NCBI GenBank assembly: GCA_951406725.2
Contig: OX597832.1
Coordinates: 41,168,001 to 41,232,000 of the forward strand
Direction: 5' to 3'
Source: Octopus vulgaris
Lineage: Eukaryota
DNA length: 64,000 bases
A model generated the notes under the pieces. That model was given only the letters and a program-made list of their open reading frames with translations. It searched no databases and had not been told where the DNA came from. A program made the position numbers and the translations under genes. Positions 55,501 to 64,000 of the stretch are shown piece after piece (the first letter of the stretch is position 1; every line of letters starts with the position of its first letter).

Positions 55501-57773
55501 AAACAGGGAAGTCCATCGGACCTCATATTGTAGTGGTGTACCAGTAATTGGAGTGAGTACATGTATGGTCCATTGTCTATGTAGTACATTTCTTTGCCAT
55601 TGTATTCCTGTAAATATCAATGAAGAAATAATAAGATAGTGGTTGGATTTGCGTTTGTATACCTTTTACCCCTCCTTTTCCTTTTCTTTTTTTTCTTCAA
55701 GTGGTTGTAGCGAAGATGTACTTCATCAGGTATTGCCAGGAACCTCGGTCCCTCAACAGCTTTAGTAAGTTCCCTCCCAATTTCATGTTGTGTCTCAGCC
55801 AATAGCATCAATGTAGCTGAGCGGTGTGGTCTTCTACTATAGCCTTGATCTGACCAAAGCCTTGTGAGTAGATTTTGAAGAAAGAAACCAAAAGGAGCCC
55901 ATCATATACGTGTGTATGTGTGTTGTGTTGTGTGTGTGTATGTGTGTGTGTGTATATGCGTGTCTTTGTATCCCCCCACCGATTGACAACTGGTGCTGGT
56001 GTGTTTACGTCCCTGTGACTTAGTGGTTCGGTAAAAGAGACTGATAGAATAAGTACCATACTTAAAAAGAAACTAAGCACTGGGGTTGATTAGTTCAACT
56101 AAAATACCTTAAGGTGGTGCCCCAGTATGGCCACAGTCTAGTGACTGAAACAAGTAAAAGAGTAAAAGGTATATTTGATTTGACAATCGCATGGCTCAGT
56201 GGTTAGAGCGTCGAGCTTACGATCGTGAGGTTGTGAGCTCGAATCCCGGACCGGGCTGCGTGTTGTGTTCTTGAGCAAGGCACTTTATTTCACGTTGCTC
56301 CAGTTCACTCATCTGTAGAAATGAGTTGCGACGTCACAGGTGCCAAGCTGTATCGACCTTTGTCTTTCCCTTGGATAACACTGGTGGCGTGGAGAGAGGA
56401 GGCTGGTATGCATGGGCGACTGCTGGCCTTCCATAAAAACAACCTTGCCCGGACTTGTGTCTAGGAGGGTAACTTTCTATGTGCAATCCCATACTCTTAA
56501 ATAAACTATGTTAGAATACAAGAATGAATGGTCACTGTTGGAATGTCAATTGATCACAGGTCTACTTGATTCAGAGCTGACCTTGGGCTAAACAACATCA
56601 TCATCATCAACAACACATACATATATGCACATGAAATTTGTTTTATAAGATCTTCAATACAAAAGAGTGCAGAGCGTTTTTGTACTTATGAATCGAATAT
56701 ATTTTCTGTATGAATAATAAAATATCTAATAAAAACGGGGGGGCTTTGGTCGTTACAAAAGGTTATGCATTTAGTACACAACTTCTATATTTAGTGCAGG
56801 ACACTCAAGGTTACATTGTACAGTGTTTTGCTTTCAGATTGCTGATTGCAGTCGAAATGATGTCATGCGTTTTTGTGGCAAGCATTTATCACACTTGTGT
56901 CAACATAGTGGGAGTGTACATCAATTATACAACTCTCATTCAATAACTATCTGTGTGTGTATGTGTGTGTGTGTGTGTGTGCATATATTTTGTACACACA
57001 TACACATATATTTAACCCTTTAGTGTTTGCATTATTCTACCAAAATTAATGCTTTTTCATCCACTTTGTTTTGAACTAATCATGCATTATCTTGTAGCTA
57101 TGAGATTTTGATGAGGTAGCTGTTAATTTTTAAAATGATAGTGTAGGGCTGGTGTGAGAGACCAGATCTGGCCAGTATGAAAATAAAACAGGCATTGTCT
57201 TGTAACTATGAGATTTCGATGAGGTAGCTGTTAATTTTTTAAAACAATATTGTAGGGTTGGTGTGAGAGACCAGATCTGGCCAGTTTGGACATAAAACAG
57301 GCAGAATACTTTTGGCCGGATATGGCCGGATATGCTAAAGGATTAAACACACATACTTATGAATATATCATATGTGGAGGCAGGTAGCCTTATAGTTATG
57401 GGGATGGACTCGCAAAAATAAGGTTGTGGGTTCAGTCCCAACACCAAGCTACATGTGTTCTTGAGCGAAGTACTTCATTTCATATCGCTCCAATCTACAC
57501 AAATGAAAATGAATACCATCCCAGTGCTGGCATAGTTTTCTCTTTCACAAAGTGTCACATCCTGGATACTCCATTGGGTCAAGAGCAACAAAGGCCGAGA
57601 GGATGTCTATATTTGGTTGCAGCCACATAGGCATCTAAAGGCATTTAGGCAAAAGTGTGCTACGTGCTACCAGTTCATAATGGCTTACGAGAAGTTTTGT
57701 TGTTTTGTTTTACATATATGTGTGTGCGTGTACATGGACATATATATGTATATATATATATTTTATATGTATA

Positions 57774-57808
<35 letters not shown>

Positions 57809-58066
57809 GTATTATTTCTTTACAGTCCACAAGGGGCTAAACAAGGGCAGACAAAGGGATTAAGTCAATTACATTGACCCCAGTGCGAAACTGGTACTTT
57901 ATTTATAGACCCCGAGAGGATGAAAGGCAAAGTCGACCTCAGCGGAATTTGAACTCAGAATGTAACGACAGACGAAATACCGCTAGGCATTTCGCCCACC
58001 GTACTAACGTTTCTGCCAGCTCGCCGCCTTATATATATGTATGTATTTATATGTATATTATGTATG

Positions 58067-58123
<57 letters not shown>

Positions 58124-58807
58124 CGGGAAGCTTTATGAAAATAGACAAAAGACGAAGGCAGGTGGAAAACAAACAAACAATTGTATTAGTATGGCGCTCA
58201 GGAAATATAAATAAAACAAGTCTTTAACGTTTCGAGCCTACGCTATATATATATATCCAAGAAAGTTAGGGGTTGTGAATCCAACCCACTAAGGGATAAT
58301 ATCTATCCAATATACTGCTGGTAGAATACCCAATTATTAATACACAAGTGTTTTTTATTGCAATGCACTTACATTACCCAGTGTACAAAATGGGTGAAGG
58401 TAAAGAGATATTTAACCATTAATTTATATAGCAAATAAGACAATGGAGGAGAACAATAGGGAGGTTCATCAACTTTTAGACATTAAATTATGTTAACTTT
58501 TTATTTATTTATTAAACTGATAATTACAATAACATACATACATATAGCATATTATTCTTTACATATAAGATATAAAATATAATAATCTATAAGGATACCA
58601 GTAATTATAATTATTATAAAAAACTTGCTATATATGATAGATCGTTAGCCACTACACACATTTTTTCTCTCTTTGTTTTTTCTGTGTCACTTTCTGTAGA
58701 AGAGCGTAGGCTTGAAACGTAAAAGACCTTTTCTATTCCTGAGTGTTATACTAATACATCTGTTTGTTTTGTACACCACCTGTCTTCATCTTTTGTTTTT
58801 TCGTAAA

Positions 58808-58850
<43 letters not shown>

Positions 58851-60527
58851 GATATATATATAGATATAATGAATCATATATACATACATAATGACTCATT
58901 ATAAACTCAGCGAATACTGCAGAATTCCTGACATAGATCCAGTGACAATTATATCATAACTGTGGATGACATCAAGTAGCCCAAACAGTGAAAGTGCTCT
59001 AATCGGCATACTTCTAGATATATATATATCTAAAGTTCAAATAATTACTTATGTGTATATGTATTTATATGAAACATACTTAAAATAGAAAACATATAAT
59101 GGTGCTCAAATGCTTTGAACTTAAATTCTGAAGTCTTTATCAAAGACTAGATCCACAGGGTAAAGAGTGTCTATAAGAGAAATCCAAGTGAGCTGATGTA
59201 GAGACGGTGATGCAGATAAACATGATTAGGTTTGATGGCAGGAGGAAAATTGGCAGATAGCAGTTCACATCATGATATGAGAGATTTTCCTGACAAAGGA
59301 AGCTAGGATTACAGTAACGTCTCAGTGCATCCATCTTTCCAGTGTAAGATCTCCTCCAATTTCTGTCTGCTAAAAAAATTCGGATAGCGCTTTATTATTT
59401 TCTGACTGAACAAAAGACCTAAATAGAATAGACACCTGCACATATGATACTGAGACCCCCTTCGGTCATGAATGACCGTGGGATTGCACCTAGAAAGTTA
59501 CCCTCCCAGGCACAAGTCTGGGCAAGGTTGTTTATGGAAGACCAGCAGTCGTCCATGCATACCGGCCTCCCCTTCTCCACGCCACCAGTGTTATCCAACG
59601 GAAAGGCAAAGGGGCCAATACAGCTTGGTACCTGTGATGTCGCAACTCATTTCTACAGCTGAGTGAGCTGGAGCAATGTGAAATAAAGTGTCTTGCTCAA
59701 GAACACAACATATTGCTAATGTTTGATTTGAGAGGGGTTTGGTTATTATTTCTTGCAGGTTAAGTGACCATGTAGAGGCTCCTCATTGGTCATCTTTGTT
59801 GTTGATGTTTAACTCTCCTGTTGTTGATAGGAAAGCCAAAATATGATCAAAGACAATCTAGCCTTAACGATCCTGCCTTTTTAGAAGTGTCCTTTCTTTT
59901 AAATTGTGGTGGTGTGTGAAGGCGCATGGCTTACAATCGTGAGGTTGTGAGTTCGAATCTCAGACATATGATAGGCTTTTAGAGAATAGCATCACATAGA
60001 ACTATAGATGAGCTTTCCTGCACACATATAACAGTACAGACAATGAAACCATATCGTTAGCCAGCAGTCTAAGTATAGCCAAGTGTGTGTTAGTAAATGT
60101 CTATCTTAGTAAATGTTTAATAAAGACTTTTAAAAATCTAGGATTTTCAAGTAAAGAATGTATGACTAGCTTCAGCATACTTAAATACAATCTGTAAGTA
60201 GAGCAGTAGAAATTTGCAAGACTTTTCAAGAGTTCAACATAAAACATTTTATTATTTTTCTTATCCAAATTCCAATGATGGAACTTTATGTATTTTCTGT
60301 ATTGTTAGAAACTAGCTCCTTCTTTGTTGGAAGAATTCAAATAATTTAATTTAAATTTAATTTAAATAATATAGGCGTAGGAGTGGCTGTGTGGTAACCA
60401 CATTTTTCCGGGTTCAGTCCCACTGATGGCACCTTGGGCAAGTGTCTTCTACTATAGCCTCGGGCCGACCAAAGCCTTGTCTGTGGATTTTGTAGACGGA
60501 AACTGAAAGAAGCTCATCGTATATACG

Positions 60528-60572
<45 letters not shown>

Positions 60573-63500
60573 TTGTGTGTCTGTGTTTATCCCCCAACAT
60601 TGCTTGACAACCGATGCTGGTGTGTTTACATCCCCGTAACTTAGCGATACAATAAGTACCAGGCTTACAAAGAATAAGTCCTGGGGTCGATTTGCTCGAC
60701 TAAAGGCGGTGCTCCAGCATGGCCACAGTCACATGACTGAAACAAGTACAAGAGTAAAAGAGTAAGAAAGAATTGAAAGTAAGCAGATATAGAGTTTAAG
60801 CAAAAAAGGTTTCCACTTACACAGTTCTGTATTTCAAAATGGAAGACGTGTCCAAAATAGATGCTCATCACATACCATCCTTCATGCCATTTACTTCTTC
60901 GAATGAGGAATAATCCTGGTGTAGTAGCGCCACGTTTCAGTAAAATTGCAGCACCCTTCATAGAAGCAGAAAGGGAAGAAATTATTGTGAACCTCAAGGA
61001 TAATCAAAGATAGATTAAGGCAATCAATGTTAATAGATTCAAAGCTAATTGAGGTGTCAAAATTAATTATCTGAACCGAAAGTAATGAAATCTAATTGCC
61101 ACAACAAAGTTCATTAAAGTTCTTTACTAGATTCTAAGATAACGAAAATTAATTCCAGGAACCAAAGTCACTCAAAGTGAATAATTTACTTACAAGGTTC
61201 AAAGATAATCAGAGTTAATTACTAGAATTAATGATAATCAAAAATAGGCAAAGTCGAAGAGACCAATCATAATCACCATCATCATTACCATCGCCTTCAT
61301 GATGACAACAATGATAAAAGTGATTACTCCCACCCCACTACCATTACCATTATTGGAAAGGTTCAAAGAAGCCAAATATGCATCTGGTGTTCTCAATAGC
61401 CACTGCCGAGAGGAACTTTCATCTCCTTCCAAAATTTATTGTGGTTTTAACACAGCATGTGTATAAGAGATGTTATCTCAGGACAAATACCACAGTAACT
61501 GGCCTATCAACACTGTATATACATTAAGTATGATACATAGATGACTATCTTAAATTAATACTGCCTGAATTGTGTTTATTGGATTTATATTCAGCTGGGT
61601 AGCTTTCCACAAAAACCAATGAAGGTTCTGTTCACTGTTTTCCCTATTGTATCTAAACCAGATACCATTATTATTCGCAAGTCTTATTTTAATTACATGT
61701 TTCCATTGCATAGCTCTATGTTTGTTGGATACATGCAGTGGCCATACTGGGGCATTGATTTAACCCTTTAGCATTCAAACCGGCCATATCCGGCCAAAAT
61801 ATTTAACCTGTTTTATATTGAAACTGACCAGAGCTTGCCTCTTACCTCAGCCCTACAATGTCATTCTAAAACTAAAAAATCACATCACTGCAATCTCTAA
61901 ACTACAAGATAATGCAGGATTAATTCAAAACAATATAAATAAACAAACATCACATTTGACAGAATAATCTGAACATTAAAGGGTTTCAAAATGGAAGACG
62001 TGTCCAAAATAGATACTCATCACATACCATCCTTAGGGTTTTAGTCAAACAAATTGACTCCAGTATCTAGTTTTTTTTTTTGAAAGCAAAGTACTTATTC
62101 TATCAGTCACTTTTGCTGAACTGCTAAGTTATGGGGACATAAACATACCAACATCTGTTGTTAAGCAATGGTGGGGGATAAACACAGACACAAAGACACA
62201 CACATATAGATATGTTCAGATACGTTCTTACAGTTTCTGTCTACCAAATCCACTCAGAAGGCTTTGGCCAACCTGAGGCTATAGTAGAAGGCACTTCTGC
62301 TATAGCTTCACTTGCCAAAGTAGAAGACACTTACCCAAGGTGCCATGCAGTGGGAGTGAACCTGGAACCATGTGCCTGGGAGGCAAGCTTCTTACCACAC
62401 AGCCACATACAGTTCTTAGTTGCGCTATTTTCTGTCTGTTCAATATAAGTGTAAGATCTGGATGCATATTTTACCCCTTTTTGGCCACCCTGTTATCAGC
62501 CAACTTTACTCAATGCCCCCCAGCCCTATCTTTCTACTGCCCTCTTGAGGGTAGTACCACCCACTCTGGGAACCACTGGCCTAAACAAAGGTTAGATATC
62601 TCTCACTCTCAGCTGTTGGCTGACCAGTTAGACTGAATCCATCTACTATGTTTAAAGTGGTCTAAAAACTGGTATTGTGAAGATAGTGCTTCCTTTATCT
62701 CTATCTCTATAAATATAAACGGCAAAATGTCTGTGCGTGTGTGTGTGCATGCGTGCATGTCTTTTATACAAATCCACAATTTTTCAGTTAGAGGGCTCGC
62801 ACTTTCTATGGTCAATCAAAACTGTCCAAGGGTGGTCGTGCACATCTTTACGTTTCCCCAGTCACCCCGCAAAGCCATTAAAAAAAATCAATAGAAGTGA
62901 CTTTTTTGTGAATTTTCTATCCAAAACCCAATCAAAATGCCCGAAACTTGATACGCCAATTGAATGCCATCTTGCTGTATGTGACTGGTCAGAGATTAGG
63001 ACAGTACTCGCGTGTATGTGCGCACACACGCAGCTGTATATGCAGGCACTAGCAGTATGACCCGGCGTTGCCAGGTCATAGTGCTAGTGTTCTATAAGTT
63101 AGAAGTTCAATAAATAGAGATTGACAAAATGAGAACCAGACTGAAAAAGTGCTGGCTTGGATATGACCTACAGAAATTCTTGTGTGTGTGTGTGTATGTA
63201 TTTATGAGCAGTGTGTGTGTGTATGCATTTATAAGTTGTGTGTGTGTGTGTATGTATTTATGAGTGGTGTGTGTATGCATTTCTGAGTGGTGTGTGTGTG
63301 TGTGTGTATGCATTTATGAATGGTGTGTGTGTGTGTGTGAATGAGTAAGAAAAAAGATAGAGAGAGAGAGGGATGGTTAGATAAATAAGCTAGGTGGGTA
63401 TAATGAGAAAGAGAGGTAAGAAAGAGAGAGAGAGAGAGAGAAAGAAGAAGAGCATGTGTTTATGGAGGGATGGGTGTTGAGGAAAATGGCAAAGATATTT

Positions 63501-63702
63501 GTAACTAATAAAATAGGGAATTTGAAAACAAAGAAAACAAAACAACAAAATCAATAAATAACATTAGTTTTCAATTGGAAGAATAAATATATCAATAAAT
63601 GAATAAATACATAAAAAACATATGTTGTGCTTACTTGTCTTTCAAGTTCTGGATGTAACCAATGTTCGCGTTTTGTTAATGCCTGGGGAGGGACGTTTTT
63701 CT
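38850..63702 (-). CDS. SHARK/HTK16-like (Syk/ZAP70 family) non-receptor tyrosine kinase, 5'-partial spliced CDS span
   Basis: Exons 63702-63635, 60955-60821, 55607-55478, 54145-54080, 52907-52849, 48369-48291, 46819-46740, 45519-45379, 42948-42760, 41370-41282, 39533-39407 and 39011-38850 join in frame. SH2 motifs WLH...GLFLIRRS...YIDNGPY...DGLP; kinase motifs [42 protein letters not shown]. Confidence 0.88.
39407..39533 (-). CDS. Kinase exon (subdomains VIII-IX)
   Basis: [42 protein letters not shown]. Confidence 0.95.
40581..41174. repeat. Imperfect (GAT)n microsatellite of about 600 bp, intronic
   Basis: GAT runs interrupted mainly by GACCAT; this produces the poly-H/D/M/I ORFs in the track. 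Confidence 0.97.
41282..41370 (-). CDS. Kinase exon (DFG, activation loop)
   Basis: [30 protein letters not shown]. Confidence 0.95.
41470..41830 (+). mobile_element. CR1-clade LINE 3' end; second copy at about 54330-54650
   Basis: [38 protein letters not shown]...SFK followed by an (ATT)n tail. Confidence 0.8.
42760..42948 (-). CDS. Kinase exon (catalytic loop)
   Basis: [15 protein letters not shown]...[29 protein letters not shown]. Confidence 0.95.
44480..44767 (+). mobile_element. RTE-like LINE 3' end; shorter copies at about 35950-36050 (-) and 46995-47100 (-)
   Basis: [15 protein letters not shown]...LLLWKPS...MMDCEVWR, then a stop and a (TGA)n tail. Confidence 0.75.
45072..45290. 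mobile_element. piggyBac-like MITE; copies at about 57016-57343 and 61764-61983
   Basis: TTAA|CCCTTTAG...CTAAAGGG|TTAA. Confidence 0.8.
45379..45519 (-). CDS. Kinase exon (VAIK-type lysine, alphaC)
   Basis: ITVALKTF...[30 protein letters not shown]. Confidence 0.92.
46740..46819 (-). CDS. Kinase exon (Gly-rich loop)
   Basis: [26 protein letters not shown]. Confidence 0.9.
47489..47898. mobile_element. Merlin-like MITE
   Basis: Perfect 23-bp TIR GGATCTTTTCGGTTTGAACGGCA with an 8-bp TSD ATGTAAAA on both sides. Confidence 0.85.
48291..48369 (-). CDS. Kinase gene exon (linker into kinase domain)
   Basis: [26 protein letters not shown]; phase 0 to 1 fits both neighbours. Confidence 0.8.
48865..48980. 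mobile_element. 116-bp internally deleted Merlin-like MITE nested in the hAT element
   Basis: GGATCTTTTC...GAAAAGATCC termini, 8-bp TSD GCTGTTTC, interior homologous to 47796-47898. Confidence 0.85.
50293..50472. mobile_element. Small palindromic element nested in the hAT, flanked by TTAA
   Basis: TTAA|GAAGAGTGGTCCC...GGGACCACTCTTC|TTAA plus an inner 28-bp inverted repeat. Confidence 0.6.
50694..51077 (-). mobile_element. Non-autonomous Helitron with an internal duplication
   Basis: Same family as 25919-26201; TC...CTAG termini within an AT repeat. Confidence 0.85.
51592..51660 (-). CDS. Possible optional linker exon
   Basis: Open in phase 0-0 ([23 protein letters not shown]) but both splice sites are weak. 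Confidence 0.25.
51903..52127. repeat. Inverted repeat with arms of about 96 bp (Penelope-like termini)
   Basis: 51903-51998 is the approximate reverse complement of 52032-52127. Confidence 0.85.
52849..52907 (-). CDS. Kinase gene proline-rich linker exon
   Basis: [19 protein letters not shown]; phase 1 to 0, strong splice sites. Confidence 0.78.
54080..54145 (-). CDS. Kinase gene linker exon
   Basis: [21 protein letters not shown]; phase 1-1. Confidence 0.7.
55478..55607 (-). CDS. Kinase gene exon (end of SH2)
   Basis: [43 protein letters not shown]. Confidence 0.88.
56187..56491 (+). mobile_element. tRNA-derived SINE; minus-strand copies at about 59450-59710, 3665-3970 and 1988-2140
   Basis: Head TGGCTCAGTGGTTAGAGC...TCGAATCCC continues into a repeated body. 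Confidence 0.8.
60821..60955 (-). CDS. Kinase gene exon (SH2 FLVR-like motif)
   Basis: [45 protein letters not shown]. Confidence 0.88.
62704..63087 (+). mobile_element. Non-autonomous Helitron (second family)
   Basis: A|TC...TATAAATATAAAC start, 3' hairpin ATGACCCGGCGTTGCCAGGTCAT and CTAG|T end. Confidence 0.75.
63635..63702 (-). CDS. Kinase gene exon (start of SH2)
   Basis: [22 protein letters not shown]; CAG and GTAAG boundaries. Confidence 0.8.
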
Positions 63703-64000
63703 CTGTGAAAATATAAATTTATCACACATAACAGACAATACCCAAATCAAAGGAAATTGAATATTTTTGTTCTTGGTTGTTTTTTTTTCTTGGTAGTTGT
63801 TGGGAAAAAATGTTTCCAAAGGATTTTTTCTTTTTACAAAACATCATCATCGCTATCATAATCATCAGCATCACTCGTCACCACCACCATCATCACTATC
63901 ATAATCATCAGCATCACTATCGTCACCACCGCCACCACCGCCGCCACCACCATCACCACCATTTAGCATCCATGTTTTGTGCTCATATGGGTTGGATGGT

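Noticed and set aside
56187-56265. tRNA-like sequence (possible tRNA-Val)
   Set aside because: No proper acceptor stem, and it continues into a repeated SINE body.

Overview
AT-rich, microsatellite- and SINE-dense eukaryotic DNA. The repeat families look like those of a coleoid cephalopod, probably Octopus (inference). Three genes were rebuilt by hand, all on the minus strand. (1) A complete RBMX/hnRNP G-like gene: 11 coding exons, 23413 to 8416, about 530 aa, with a probable non-coding first exon near 29.0-29.14 kb. (2) An intact U6 snRNA gene (31759-31865) with a TATA box and T-terminator. (3) The 3' part of a SHARK/HTK16-like Syk-family tyrosine kinase: one SH2 domain, the linker and the full kinase domain, 63702 to 38850, continuing past the window end. 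The remainder is transposon-derived: tRNA-type SINEs; RTE-like, CR1 and HERO LINE tails; Helitron, hAT, Merlin, mariner and piggyBac-like DNA elements; and short Penelope-like elements with hammerhead-ribozyme cores. The best leads are candidate NMD-triggering exons downstream of RBMX, a U6 gene bracketed by two inverted copies of one TIR element, several hammerhead motifs in introns, and a templated copy of an exon fragment. Most ORFs in the supplied track are repeat artefacts. All calls are by eye and no searches were run.
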